Position numbers and translations under genes: made by a program
DNA from: an uncultured Saccharospirillaceae bacterium
GTDB taxonomy: Bacteria; Bacteroidota; Bacteroidia; Flavobacteriales_D; CAJJDF01
Direction: 5' to 3'
Assembly (NCBI GenBank): GCA_950054195.1
Contig: CATLPG010000009.1
Coordinates: 7,943-71,942 of the forward strand
Length of the DNA stretch: 64,000 nucleotides
The notes under the pieces: generated by a model
Databases searched by the model: none
What the model was told of the DNA's origin: nothing
What the model saw: only the letters and a program-made list of their open reading frames with translations
Part shown: in pieces, positions 52,053 to 62,342 of the stretch
Numbering within the stretch: the stretch's first letter is position 1
How the letters are laid out: each line of letters starts with the position of its first letter

Positions 52053-53042
52053 TCAGAAAAGACTGTAACAAGCATTATTAAGATAGCTATGGTGTCTAAT
52101 ACCCCATAAAGGATAAAGCAGATTAGAAGAAACCACAATAATCAAATGAACTAGGACTATGTATATTGTAGCCTTCCGATGATTATATCCAAATTTAATT
52201 AAGTAGTGATGAACGTGACTTTTATCTGCCGTGAACGGTGATTCCCCATGTAAAACACGTATCATAATTACTCTAAAGGTATCAAACAGAGGTATTAGAG
52301 CTAGCGCGATAATATAAGTTAAATGATAGGCATATTCAACATACTTTCCGTTAAGGAATTGAAAACCAAAACACGCTGTTAAAAAGCCAATAACCAATGA
52401 TCCTGCGTCTCCCATGAAAATTTTAGCTGGATCAAAATTAAAAATCAAAAACGAACATAAAGAAATAACTACAACAACGCTCAATAGAAAAAAGGATTCA
52501 TTTCCTTGGGTATAAAACAATGCTGCAAACACACTAAAATTAACCAATGAAATACTACCTAATAATCCATCTATTCCATCAATGAGGTTAAACGCGTTAA
52601 TAAACGCCAATATCAAAAATATACTCAATACGTATTGAATTATTTCTGGTAAAGCATGAATACCTAAAAAACTGTGTAGACTCTCAACTCTGTAACCTAA
52701 ACTTGTCACTATAAGACTTATTAAAACCTCAACTAATACTCTTTTTTTAGCACTAATATCGTTTCGATCATCAACAAACCCTAAAATCATCATTCCTAAT
52801 CCTAGAAGCAATAATAGCAGAAGATTTAAATCAATAAGATGAAAGAAATAAGCCACTACTCCAACAAGAGATACACTAACATACAAAGGAATACCACCTG
52901 ATGTTGGGACCGGAATTTTCTGTAATTTACGCTCATTTGGTAAATCCAATAGTTGTTTTGCCTTTGCGTATTGAATGAAAAACTTGAATGCAAAAAAGCT
53001 TATTGTAAAACTTAAAACGGATAAAGTAATTATTGCTTCCAT
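52053..53042 (-). CDS. polyprenyl-phosphate N-acetylhexosamine-1-phosphate transferase (MraY/WecA family)
   Basis: It is a multi-pass membrane protein with VDDRNDISAKKR, NAFNLIDGIDGL, MGDAGSL and DKSHVHHYL. The C-terminal end may be frameshifted (see findings). Confidence 0.8.
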   Translation of the reverse strand: MEAIITLSVLSFTISFFAFKFFIQYAKAKQLLDLPNERKLQKIPVPTSGGIPLYVSVSLVGVVAYFFHLIDLNLLLLLLLGLGMMILGFVDDRNDISAKKRVLVEVLISLIVTSLGYRVESLHSFLGIHALPEIIQYVLSIFLILAFINAFNLIDGIDGLLGSISLVNFSVFAALFYTQGNESFFLLSVVVVISLCSFLIFNFDPAKIFMGDAGSLVIGFLTACFGFQFLNGKYVEYAYHLTYIIALALIPLFDTFRVIMIRVLHGESPFTADKSHVHHYLIKFGYNHRKATIYIVLVHLIIVVSSNLLYPLWGIRHHSYLNNACYSLF

Positions 53043-53057
53043 AACGTTGGTATTTAA

Positions 53058-54170
53058 TTAGTTTAAACTATAGACTTCTTCAGTAGCATGACTCAAAATC
53101 AAATCACTATATAGCTGTGCAATCACTTTCCATGTGTATCTTTTACCAGCAATAGCTTTCATCATGATACCGATATTTTTAAGTTCTTTATTTTGAATGT
53201 TTTGGAGTATCTTTTCTAATTCCTGTTCGTTTTTAAAATATACTGCTTGATTCTGAGTGGTTTCTACATTAAAATTTACTCCATAGGCCAGAATAGGCAA
53301 TCCTAAATTCATCGCTTCTACTAGTGATGGGTTTGTACCACCAGCAGAATGACCATGTACATAATAACTACAATTACTTCTAAATTGATCCAAAATATTT
53401 AAATCATAAATGGGGTCGAGTAAAAGAATATTGTCATATTCACTATATTGTTTTTTTAGCTTAATCCCATACTCACTGTTCTGCCAATTCCCTACAATGA
53501 TTAATTGTTGTTTAGATATTGAAAATGCTTTGAGTATTACATGAATATTATTTTCGGGTTCGACTCTTGCAACTTTGAACGCATATGGTAAAGCCAAACT
53601 AGGATACTTTTGAATTGTTTCTTTCTTAATGGGGGTATATTTTACATGATCTCCACCATAAGCAATTAGCTGTGCATTTTTATGATACGTTGATTTTACA
53701 TAATCTAAAACCACTTGGTTATCACAGACCACCTCATGTGCGAAACGAACAGCTATTCTCTCAGACCATTTTAAATAGATTTTCACCCACTTACTCCACT
53801 TTTCTCTCTTCCACTCTATGCCATCGATATTTACAATGATTCGTTTTTTTGAAAATAATCGCAAAAAGGGAAACATAAAAGCTCCAGAAACCCCTAATAC
53901 GAGTAAAACATCATGTTTTCTTAACGCTAGTAACATTGATAGTGCATCATAAATGATAGACATCATCCCATTTGCTGATAATGGGATATATGTTAAACGA
54001 GCTCCTTTAAAAGATGATAGGCGTTCTTCTTTTTTATACATTTTGTTGCTACAGTAAACCGTTACTTTCATTTTTTGAACCAAATGAGGAACCAAAAACT
54101 CCACAAGAGTTTCAAAACCTCCATAACGTACTGGTATCCCTGCTGTTCCTATGATTGCTAACTTTTTCAT
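53058..54170 (-). CDS. glycosyltransferase (GT4-like, DUF1972-type N-terminus)
   Basis: The N-terminus is MKKLAIIGTAGIPVRYGGFETLVE. The C-terminal GT1/GT4 core reads GHSAGGTNPSLVEAMNLGLPILAY. Confidence 0.75.
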   Translation of the reverse strand: MKKLAIIGTAGIPVRYGGFETLVEFLVPHLVQKMKVTVYCSNKMYKKEERLSSFKGARLTYIPLSANGMMSIIYDALSMLLALRKHDVLLVLGVSGAFMFPFLRLFSKKRIIVNIDGIEWKREKWSKWVKIYLKWSERIAVRFAHEVVCDNQVVLDYVKSTYHKNAQLIAYGGDHVKYTPIKKETIQKYPSLALPYAFKVARVEPENNIHVILKAFSISKQQLIIVGNWQNSEYGIKLKKQYSEYDNILLLDPIYDLNILDQFRSNCSYYVHGHSAGGTNPSLVEAMNLGLPILAYGVNFNVETTQNQAVYFKNEQELEKILQNIQNKELKNIGIMMKAIAGKRYTWKVIAQLYSDLILSHATEEVYSLN

Positions 54171-54286
54171 CTTTTAATTTATCACATGTAATGAAAAAGT
54201 TAAGCCAAACCAAAAACTACTGATTTTCAATTGGCTAAAAACAATCAACAGTACTAACCTAAAACACATATTCCCATTTTGAAACA

Positions 54287-54577
54287 TTAGACAAATCTAA
54301 AGGCTCTTTGAATAGACAAATCAAACATTTCTTGACTAAACTCCTTCGCTTTTTCCTTGGCAGATTGAGAAATCTTATTGTAATAACTTTGATCCGAAAA
54401 TAATATATGAAGTGTATTGGCTATTGATTTAATGTTATCGCTTCTGTGATGAAAACCATTTACTTCATGTTTGACGATTTCTTTAGGCCCTCCGATGGGT
54501 GGAACGATGGTTGGTAATCCGTAAGCCATGGCTTCAATGATGGTTAACCCGAATGTTTCCACCCGATGGAAAATAGA
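54287..54577 (-). pseudogene. C-terminal relic of a GT1/GT4 glycosyltransferase
   Basis: Only the last 95 codons or so remain (...ETFGLTIIEAMAYGLPTIVPPIGGPKEIV...). An in-frame TAA lies 5 codons upstream of the GTG. The missing N-terminal part would lie where the + strand Hpt gene now sits. Confidence 0.6.
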
Positions 54578-54904
54578 TTATACAACCTCTCTTCTCTTGA
54601 GAAAATATCTGGAGGAAATACTGATTTTATTAAAAAAATGATTCAGTTATTTAAAGAAATAACTCCCAAAAGTGTTCAACAATTAAAAGAAGCTATTCAC
54701 AATAACGAACCCGAAGAAGCTGGAAAAATAGCACATAGCATGAAACCTTCCATCGATCAAATGGGAATCTCAAGCTTACACCAGACAATCAGAGAACTCG
54801 AACGATTAAAAAGTGAACCAATCAAGCCAGAAGAAGTAGATAGTTTAGTACACAAACTGGAAACAACTTTAGACACCGTTTACAAACAACTTGACGAACA
54901 GTAA
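54566..54904 (+). CDS. Hpt (histidine phosphotransfer) domain protein
   Basis: The four-helix pattern with AHSMKPSIDQMGI (phospho-accepting His in the H..K motif) and an N-terminal FIKKMIQLFKE is typical of Hpt domains. Confidence 0.65.
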   Translation: MENRLYNLSSLEKISGGNTDFIKKMIQLFKEITPKSVQQLKEAIHNNEPEEAGKIAHSMKPSIDQMGISSLHQTIRELERLKSEPIKPEEVDSLVHKLETTLDTVYKQLDEQ

Positions 54905-55026
54905 TACAACATCTTGTTTCAAAATGAAACAAAACACCACATTTCACAAAACACAAACAGCTAAAAAACAATAAACTAACCTCTTTCGCACAATTTTAGA
55001 CTTACCATGTTGCAAAATCAAGCATC

Positions 55027-56067
55027 ATGGAAAAGAAAATATTGGTTACTGGCGGAATGGGGTATATTGGCACACATACTGTTGTAGAGTTATGGAAAAA
55101 TGGTTTTACTCCTATCATTATTGATAATTTTTCAAATTCATACGAATACCTCGAGCTTAACCTAAATCGAGTAACACAAAAGCAAAACAAGATCTATAAA
55201 GTAGATTGTACAAATCATAAAATACTTGCAGAAGTATTTAAAAGAGAGAAAAATATTTTAGGGATTATTCACTTTGCTGCGCATAAATCGGTTGATGAAT
55301 CTATTACTGATCCTTTTAAGTATTATAACAATAACATGAATACGCTCTTCAATGTACTTGAACTCGCTAGCTTATATGACGTTCCAAATTTTATTTTCTC
55401 TTCTTCTTGCGCTGTGTATGGCGAACAAAACCAGTTTCCTATTACAGAAAAAACAAAACAAGAAGAAGCTCTTTCTCCTTACAGCCATACCAAACAACTT
55501 GGCGAATTAGTCGTTAAACAAACAGCGTTAGAAAATCTAGATTTAAAAGCCATTAGTCTGAGATATTTTAATCCCATAGGTGCTCACCCATCTTCATTAC
55601 TGGGGGAATACGGAAAAATGGAAGCAAAAAACCTACTTCCTAATGTTATTTCGAAAGCATTGAGAGGTGAACCTGTAACTGTTTATGGAAACGATTACGA
55701 TACAAGAGATGGATCATGTATTAGAGACTTTGTAGATGTTCAAGATTTAGCCAAAGCTCATGTAATGACATTGCAATACCTAATCAATCAAAATGAAGGA
55801 ATATATGATGTGATTAATGTTGGCTCTGGCTCTGGTGTGTCTGTACTAGAAATGATCCATACTATAGAGCAAACATTAAATAAAACTTTACCCATGGTCA
55901 TCAACGAAAGAAGACCCGGAGACATACCTGCTATTTACGCTTCTATTGAAAAAGCAAAAAAATTACTTGGTTGGTCTCCTATGGTTTCACTGCATGAGTC
56001 TATTGCAAACCAAATCAAATGGCATCAATATATTGATGAAAACATCATGCTAAAATATGCCTCTTAG
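55027..56067 (+). CDS. galE: UDP-glucose 4-epimerase
   Basis: It has the Rossmann motif VTGGMGYIGTH, the catalytic SSSCAVYG...YSHTK, and a GalE-like C-terminal region (IRDFVDVQDLAKAH). Confidence 0.85.
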   Translation: MEKKILVTGGMGYIGTHTVVELWKNGFTPIIIDNFSNSYEYLELNLNRVTQKQNKIYKVDCTNHKILAEVFKREKNILGIIHFAAHKSVDESITDPFKYYNNNMNTLFNVLELASLYDVPNFIFSSSCAVYGEQNQFPITEKTKQEEALSPYSHTKQLGELVVKQTALENLDLKAISLRYFNPIGAHPSSLLGEYGKMEAKNLLPNVISKALRGEPVTVYGNDYDTRDGSCIRDFVDVQDLAKAHVMTLQYLINQNEGIYDVINVGSGSGVSVLEMIHTIEQTLNKTLPMVINERRPGDIPAIYASIEKAKKLLGWSPMVSLHESIANQIKWHQYIDENIMLKYAS

Positions 56068-56079
56068 TTAGGAGAAGGT

Positions 56080-57138
56080 CTAAATGATCTTCTCGTCAAT
56101 TAATACTTGAAAAGAATCTTCCATTGTTTCTTTCAACGGTCTAAAAGTCATGTTTAATTCATTCTTTATTTTAGAATTATCAGCTTTAAATGGAACATTT
56201 ACATTGTTTTTAATGTACTTTCTAGAAAATAGTTTATTTACAAACGGACCAACAATCATTAACAACCATTTAGGCAACGCTTTTTTAGGTAGAGGATAAT
56301 CTTCCCCATACTTAGGTAATAAAACCTGCCCCATTTCTAAAAAGTTGGTGTTGTGAGCAGAAGTTATATGTCTTCCTGAAGCAGTTTCTGTATATCCAGC
56401 TTTAAAATGAGCTTCTGCCACATCCCTAACATCAACAACTCCAATTCCTAATTTGGGTGCTCCCATTTTCATTGTTCCGTTACCTAGTTGCTTAAGTATT
56501 GATAAACTTTCTGATGTATTTGCTCCAGCATTTAGTGCTGGGCCCATAACAAACGATGGATTTATTGTTACCAATTGCCACCTACCTTGTTTAGCTTCTA
56601 TTTCCCATGCTTTTTTCTCTGCCAGTGTTTTTGAATAAGAGTAAGGTTGATAGTCCAACGATGCTGTAGTGTTCCAAACTTCTTCAGTTAAGACTCCATT
56701 GGGAGCATCTTGACAGTCTATTGCATCAGTATAAATAGCTGCACAACTACTCGTTAAAACAACTCTCTTAACTGATTCTACTTCATTTGCTGTTTCAAGT
56801 ACATTTGCTGTTCCATTTACTGCAGGGTCAATCAACTCCTTTTGAGGATTTTTCACATCAGTAAAAAATGGTGAAGCCGTATGAAAGACTAATTCACAGC
56901 CCTGCATAGCCTCTTTATAAGAACCATCTTTGAGTAAATCTGATGTAAAAAACTTAATTTCTCCAGTTGCATTTTTTGCTAACTCTTTGAGATGACCTAT
57001 TTTTTTGTCATTTTGAGGGTCACGCACAGCAGCATGAACAGTTATCCCTTCATCTAAAAGCTTTTTTACTAACCAGCTCGCTACATAACCATTAGCTCCA
57101 GTAACTAAAACTGGTTTTGATTGATCTATTTTTGACAT
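56080..57138 (-). CDS. NAD(P)-dependent SDR, dihydroflavonol/cinnamoyl-CoA reductase-like
   Basis: It has VTGANGYVASWLVKKLL, TSSCAAIY and YSYSKTLAE (YxxxK), and is 352 aa. Confidence 0.75.
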   Translation of the reverse strand: MSKIDQSKPVLVTGANGYVASWLVKKLLDEGITVHAAVRDPQNDKKIGHLKELAKNATGEIKFFTSDLLKDGSYKEAMQGCELVFHTASPFFTDVKNPQKELIDPAVNGTANVLETANEVESVKRVVLTSSCAAIYTDAIDCQDAPNGVLTEEVWNTTASLDYQPYSYSKTLAEKKAWEIEAKQGRWQLVTINPSFVMGPALNAGANTSESLSILKQLGNGTMKMGAPKLGIGVVDVRDVAEAHFKAGYTETASGRHITSAHNTNFLEMGQVLLPKYGEDYPLPKKALPKWLLMIVGPFVNKLFSRKYIKNNVNVPFKADNSKIKNELNMTFRPLKETMEDSFQVLIDEKII

Positions 57139-57200
57139 CCTATTTTATCTCAAAATTATATTTATATACTATTAAGTTATTTAAACTTACTTTAGGTAAC

Positions 57201-57228
57201 AAAAAAAGGCTTCGAAATTCGAAGCCTT
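57201..57228 (-). terminator. intrinsic terminator of the carbonic anhydrase gene
   Basis: On the minus strand it reads AAGGCTTCG-aattt-CGAAGCCTT followed by TTTTTTT, about 30 nt after the stop. Confidence 0.6.
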
Positions 57229-57257
57229 AGAATAAAATACTCGCAAAGTATCACTCC

Positions 57258-57824
57258 CTATAAAAAATCTACTTTTCCAGTATCTAAATGATAATAAGCC
57301 GGTACAATTTTCACCCCATTATTTTCCACCCCCTCTCGAATAATGGTTGATCTATTGATAAGTTCATTAACTGTTAATTCTGCATTTTTCTTTACCACAT
57401 CATTCACGGATGCGTCATCTGCAGAAGCACTTATTGCTGGAGCCACATGAGCCAACAAATGATTTAAATTATATCCATTATCACCTCCTGTCATGGCAGC
57501 TGTAACTGCACCACAACTCTGATGACCTAACACTACAATTAATTTCGTATTTAAATGAGCTACTGCATATTCTATACTTGCTATTGTAGAAGTATTAGCA
57601 ACATTACCAGCAACTCTCAAAACAAAAAGCTCTCCTAAGCCTGTATCAAATGCTAACTCAGGAACTACTCTACTATCAGCACAACTTAATACAATTGTAT
57701 GAGGTGCTTGTCCATTTGATAAATCTGTCCTTCTTGCTTGATCACTTAATTTCCCCTGTAGTCTGTCAGAAACAAAATTTTCATTTCCTTTTTTTAATCT
57801 ATCTAATATTTGATCTGTAGTCAT
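57258..57824 (-). CDS. beta-class carbonic anhydrase
   Basis: The zinc ligands and active-site motifs are SCADSRV and GHQSCGAV. Confidence 0.85.
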   Translation of the reverse strand: MTTDQILDRLKKGNENFVSDRLQGKLSDQARRTDLSNGQAPHTIVLSCADSRVVPELAFDTGLGELFVLRVAGNVANTSTIASIEYAVAHLNTKLIVVLGHQSCGAVTAAMTGGDNGYNLNHLLAHVAPAISASADDASVNDVVKKNAELTVNELINRSTIIREGVENNGVKIVPAYYHLDTGKVDFL

Positions 57825-58190
57825 AAATTTATTTATAGCTGTTAAAATAATAAAAGTTGGTCTTTTATAATAGTATACTCTTAATTTATAGTTTGTAAAT
57901 TATCTCTAAGCCTTTGTTAACATAAAATGTTTTGATTGGGCAGCATCGCTAAATTACTCATGATTCAATTTTTAAAGGATTTTTGAAAAACTTACTAACT
58001 CATTAATGAACTCTCCCCCTTTTGGTCTCCATGAACCGAGAGAAATTTTTCTCCATGGAGATAATTTCCATTTGTACTTGTACTTAATATGTTTTTGCAT
58101 ACTCACTTTTAGAGTATGCTTTTCCAAAAAGTATGCCAAGTTAAATCAATTGGCTTCCTTGCTAATCAAGTTATGAAGCGTAAAGCCTTA

Positions 58191-59462
58191 TTATTCCGTT
58201 AAGCTAACTTTAACAGAGATGATTTTAGAGTTAGTAGACTCCAATACCTGACAAGAATATCTATCAACTTCAATAGTATCACCTTTTTCAGGTATATCTT
58301 GAAAGCGACTAACGATCATCCCTCCTAGCGTTTCATATTCATCCGATTCAGGTAAGCTAAGCTCATACTCCGCATTTAGGTAGGCTATTTCGTGACGAGC
58401 AGAAAATACATAAGCATGATCTCCTATTTTATCTTCAATTAGCTCTTCAACATCATGTTCATCTTGAATTTCACCAAATATTTCTTCTACCACATCCTCC
58501 ATTGTAATTAAGCCAGATGTACCTCCAAACTCATCTACAACAACAGATATTCCTTGTTTTTGATTGATAAATTTCTCTAATAAAACGTTAGCTGGCATAG
58601 TTTCTGGAACAATGCCGATTGGACGAAGAACTTCTTTTATGAAGTTTGGTTTTTTAAACATTTCAAAAGAATGAACATAACCGATTATGTTATCTATCGA
58701 ATCTCTATAAATTAAGATTTTTGAATATCCAGTATCAATAAAAGACTCTACCAAATCCTGAATTTTCGCTTCAATATCAAGGGCCATGATTTCTGTTCGT
58801 GGAATCATACAATCTCGAGCCTTAACTTTTGAAAAGTTTAACGCATTATGAAAAATTTGAACCTCGTAATCTTGATCATCCTCTGTTTGATTTACTTTTG
58901 CTTTTTTGTTTAAGTAATCGTCAAGATCAAGTCGTCCGAAGTTTATTTCTTCGATATCTTTTTTTCCTCCCAATAGCCATAAAACAGCATTTGATATATA
59001 ATTTACTACTACAGTAATTGGAAATAAAACAGCATAAATAATGAGCAAAGGAAATGCTAAAACACTTAAAATTTTATTCGGATTTATTCTAAAGATTGTT
59101 TTAGGCAAAAACTCGGCAGTAATCAAAATTATAAGCGTAGAAATAACTGTTTGCAACAATAAAACATAATATGGTAAAGAAGAAACTCCTACATATTCAG
59201 GGAAAATCATATCCACAATTAAATCCCCCATAAAAATACCATAGAGCACTAACGCGATGTTGTTACCTAGTAGTAAAGTAGTTATAAAACTATTCTGATT
59301 TTTTATAAAAAAGCCTAAAATACGAGCACTAAAAATGTTTTGATTTTTATCAATTTCAATTTTCAGCTTGTTAGATTGTAAAAAGGCAATTTCGGAGCCC
59401 GAAAACAAGGCCGAGAAAAACAGCGTACTAATAATTACAACTAATTGGTAATATCCTTCCAT
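58191..59462 (-). CDS. CNNM/DUF21-CBS-CorC_HlyC family membrane protein (hemolysin-family, GldE-like)
   Basis: It has four N-terminal TM helices, a CBS pair and a C-terminal CorC/HlyC transporter-associated domain (LGGMIVSRFQDIPEKGDTIE). Confidence 0.75.
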   Translation of the reverse strand: MEGYYQLVVIISTLFFSALFSGSEIAFLQSNKLKIEIDKNQNIFSARILGFFIKNQNSFITTLLLGNNIALVLYGIFMGDLIVDMIFPEYVGVSSLPYYVLLLQTVISTLIILITAEFLPKTIFRINPNKILSVLAFPLLIIYAVLFPITVVVNYISNAVLWLLGGKKDIEEINFGRLDLDDYLNKKAKVNQTEDDQDYEVQIFHNALNFSKVKARDCMIPRTEIMALDIEAKIQDLVESFIDTGYSKILIYRDSIDNIIGYVHSFEMFKKPNFIKEVLRPIGIVPETMPANVLLEKFINQKQGISVVVDEFGGTSGLITMEDVVEEIFGEIQDEHDVEELIEDKIGDHAYVFSARHEIAYLNAEYELSLPESDEYETLGGMIVSRFQDIPEKGDTIEVDRYSCQVLESTNSKIISVKVSLTE

Positions 59463-59491
59463 TAAGAATTAAACATAAGAGATTTACTAAA

Positions 59492-59713
59492 TTATTGCTT
59501 CTTTTGATTTTCAGCTTCTTCAAGATGCTTCTCAAAACGTATACGCATAAATCTTCTAAATAGATACATTGCCAAAGGAATAAGCAAAGCTATCAAGTAC
59601 CATTTAGCCACATAAGGAGGATCTACGATAAATTCATAAATACAAAAAGCTGCTACCAAAAAGGTCATTACTAACCAAAACTTCTCTAAAATGATGTAAT
59701 ACTTTCTTTGCAT
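59492..59713 (-). CDS. small two-TM membrane protein
   Basis: This 73-aa ORF has two hydrophobic helices and lies between the Nfu and CNNM genes. Confidence 0.4.
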   Translation of the reverse strand: MQRKYYIILEKFWLVMTFLVAAFCIYEFIVDPPYVAKWYLIALLIPLAMYLFRRFMRIRFEKHLEEAENQKKQ

Positions 59714-59717
59714 ACTA

Positions 59718-60338
59718 TTAGTGTGCTTCGGCTACAACTTCTTTAATATTTGGAACATGAGCTTTTAAAAGTTGTTCAACTCCTCCTTTTAATGTTGCTG
59801 TAGAAGACGGACAACCACTACAAGCCCCTTTTAACATAACTGTTACTACCCCTTCATCAAAAGATTTAAAATGTATAGCTCCACCATCATTTTCAACAGC
59901 TGGTCGAACATACTCTTCCAATAGATCTACAATTTGCTGATCGGTCTCTGAATTAATAACTGGTTGATATGACCAATTTTCAGATTGGGCATTCTCTAAT
60001 TGACTAACCTCCTCCTTTACTTCTGGTAGTTTTTCTATTGGAGTTGGATTTTCAGTTAATAATTCACTTAAAAATATTCTTAACTCATAAGTAATATCAT
60101 CCCAATCAAACGCTTCCTTTTTTGTTATGGTAATAAAATTTCTAGAAAAGAATATCGCTTGAACAAAAGGAAATTGAAAGATTTTTTCAGCTACTGTTGA
60201 AGAACCTATAGTTTCACTAATGTTCTTATATTCTACAACTCCTTGATCCAATAACATTTTATTCGTCACAAACTTCATTGTATTTGGGTTTGGAGTCATC
60301 TCACTGTAAATAGTTAAAGGAATATTTTGTGTTTCCAT
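59718..60338 (-). CDS. NifU/Nfu-family Fe-S cluster assembly protein (Nfu_N + NifU C-terminal domain)
   Basis: The N-terminus is PNPNTMKFV, and the C-terminal motif is GACSGCPSSTATLK. Confidence 0.8.
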   Translation of the reverse strand: METQNIPLTIYSEMTPNPNTMKFVTNKMLLDQGVVEYKNISETIGSSTVAEKIFQFPFVQAIFFSRNFITITKKEAFDWDDITYELRIFLSELLTENPTPIEKLPEVKEEVSQLENAQSENWSYQPVINSETDQQIVDLLEEYVRPAVENDGGAIHFKSFDEGVVTVMLKGACSGCPSSTATLKGGVEQLLKAHVPNIKEVVAEAH

Positions 60339-60568
60339 AGTGTTGCTTTGTAGCTTAAAGTTAATAAAATTGTTTGTGTGATATCTGGTAATTTTCTTTT
60401 ATCTGTTTCTTTACCGTACCACTAAACACATAAATAAGAATTTTATTAATATATACTTTTAAATTTTATTGAGAATTAACAAAAACACAGCATTTGCTAT
60501 TTCATATTCTGTTTCATTTTTAGTATATTCAGTCTAAACAAAAGTTTAACATTAAAATTTAAAAAAAT

Positions 60569-61177
60569 ATGTCATTTTCATTACCAGAATTACCGTACGC
60601 TCATGATGCACTTGAGCCTCACATTGATGCTAGAACCATGGAGATTCATCATGGGAAGCACCATGCTGGTTACACAACTAAATTAAACAATGCTATTGAA
60701 GGCACTGATCTTGCTGCAAAATCTATTGAAGACATTTTAATCGGTTTAGATATGAAAAACGGAGCTGTTAGAAATAATGGTGGAGGTTTTTATAATCACC
60801 GTTTATTTTGGCAAGTAATGTCTCCAAACGGAGGAGGTGAGCCAACAGGTGATGTAGCTAAAGCTATCAATGATGCTTACGGTTCTTTTGAGGATTTCAA
60901 AAAAGAATTCTCTAACGCTGCTGCGACTCAATTTGGTTCAGGTTGGGCATGGCTATGTGTTCACCCAGGTGGTAAGGTAGAAGTTTGCTCTTCTCCAAAC
61001 CAAGACAATCCTTTAATGCCAGGTGTTGGTTGTGGAGGAACTCCTATTTTAGGTGTTGATGTTTGGGAGCATGCTTACTACTTAAACTACCAAAACAGAA
61101 GACCTGATTACATTGAAGCTTTCTTTAATGTTATTAATTGGGATAAAGTAAACGAACTTTACAATGCTAATAAGTAA
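60569..61177 (+). CDS. sodA: superoxide dismutase (Fe/Mn family, Mn-type features)
   Basis: It has [40 protein letters not shown] and [19 protein letters not shown]. Confidence 0.85.
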   Translation: MSFSLPELPYAHDALEPHIDARTMEIHHGKHHAGYTTKLNNAIEGTDLAAKSIEDILIGLDMKNGAVRNNGGGFYNHRLFWQVMSPNGGGEPTGDVAKAINDAYGSFEDFKKEFSNAAATQFGSGWAWLCVHPGGKVEVCSSPNQDNPLMPGVGCGGTPILGVDVWEHAYYLNYQNRRPDYIEAFFNVINWDKVNELYNANK

Positions 61178-61190
61178 AACAAGCATTTTT

Positions 61191-61640
61191 ATGAAAAGAG
61201 CTCTTGCTAAGAGCTCTTTTTTTTTATTCTTATTTGGAATTTTCTCCACATGCTTTTGTTCCTCTCTTTATGCTCAATTCAAACATAATGTGTTTAATGA
61301 GTCTTCTACACCTTCAGCAGATACATTATTAATTTTGGATAAAGAATCTCATCAGTATTCTTTTTATAACGAAACACCAAGCAAACAAAAACCGATAACA
61401 GCAAAAAATAAGTTAATAGCTACTGCTTTGGCTATAACACTAGGTCCTTTTGGTGTTCATCGATTATATTTAGGTACTAAGTCTACTGTACCCGTTATGT
61501 ATACACTTACTCTAGGAGGAGGTTTCTTTATTTTACCCGCAATAGATATTGGGTATATTTTAACGAATAGTGAGCCAACTTATATTCAAGATAACCCCTA
61601 TTTGTTTATCTGGAAGAAAAAGCAAAAGTCTAAAAATTAA
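61191..61640 (+). CDS. TM2 domain-containing membrane protein
   Basis: The signal peptide is MKRALAKSSFFLFLFGIFSTCFCSSLYAQ. The TM2 core is LGPFGVHRLYLG...GGGFFILPAIDIG. The ATG at 61191 is preferred over the start that overlaps sodA. Confidence 0.65.
   Translation: MKRALAKSSFFLFLFGIFSTCFCSSLYAQFKHNVFNESSTPSADTLLILDKESHQYSFYNETPSKQKPITAKNKLIATALAITLGPFGVHRLYLGTKSTVPVMYTLTLGGGFFILPAIDIGYILTNSEPTYIQDNPYLFIWKKKQKSKN
61194..61225 (+). terminator. sodA terminator (12-bp stem plus T-run)
   Basis: AAAAGAGCTCTT-gct-AAGAGCTCTTTT is followed by TTTTT. It lies inside the first codons of the next ORF. Confidence 0.6.
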
Positions 61641-61695
61641 AAAAGGCCAGAATAAAAATTCTGACCTTTCTAAAAATCCAAAGAAAAAATGATTG

Positions 61696-62043
61696 TTAAT
61701 TTTTTACTTTATCTACAATTGCTTTAAACGCATCTGGGTGATTCATTGCTAAATCTGCTAGAACCTTTCTGTTAAGTTCCATACCTGATTTATTGTAAAG
61801 CCCCATAAATTTAGAATATGATAATCCGTGCTGGCGAACACCTGCATTAATTCTCGTGATCCAAAGTTTTCTGAAGTTTCTCTTCTTTTGTTTTCTGTGA
61901 ATGTATGAGTAAGACATACCTTTCTCAACAGCATTCTTAGCTACTGTATATACATTCTTTCTTCTACCAAAATAACCTTTTGCGGCTTTTAGTATTTTTT
62001 TTCTTCTTTGTTTTCTCGCTACTGCGTTTGTACTTCTTGGCAT
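61696..62043 (-). CDS. rplT: 50S ribosomal protein L20
   Basis: It begins [30 protein letters not shown]..., the canonical L20. Confidence 0.95.
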   Translation of the reverse strand: MPRSTNAVARKQRRKKILKAAKGYFGRRKNVYTVAKNAVEKGMSYSYIHRKQKKRNFRKLWITRINAGVRQHGLSYSKFMGLYNKSGMELNRKVLADLAMNHPDAFKAIVDKVKN

Positions 62044-62131
62044 AATTTTATTTTTTTGATAAAAGGTGCTCTAAAGAGGCTTTTAATTACCTTGTTACCG
62101 GGTTAAACATTGAATAAACCTTAAAAATTTA

Positions 62132-62326
62132 TTATATCCACAATTGTGCTTTGATGTTATTAACATCAGCTTCATGCACAAGTGTTGAATGCGTTAAATT
62201 TCTTTTTCTTTTCTTTGCTTTTTTAGTCAAAATATGACTTTTAAAAGCGTGTTTTCTTTTGATTTTGCCAGTACCCGTAAGCTTAAAACGCTTTTTGGCA
62301 CTTGCTTTTGTTTTTACTTTTGGCAT
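62132..62326 (-). CDS. rpmI: 50S ribosomal protein L35
   Basis: It begins [36 protein letters not shown], the canonical L35. Confidence 0.95.
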   Translation of the reverse strand: MPKVKTKASAKKRFKLTGTGKIKRKHAFKSHILTKKAKKRKRNLTHSTLVHEADVNNIKAQLWI

Positions 62327-62342
62327 CGTTTCAAATTTATAG

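Noticed and set aside
57990-58125. A possible small ORF or sRNA in the spacer upstream of the carbonic anhydrase gene. It reads MNSPPFGLHEPREIFLHGDNF..., contains the palindrome CTCCATGGAG, and has the hairpin GCATACTC-actttta-GAGTATGC followed by TTTT.
   Set aside because: The ORF is about 55 codons with no recognisable family or ribosome-binding context. The hairpin could simply be a read-through barrier between genes. There is not enough evidence to call a feature.
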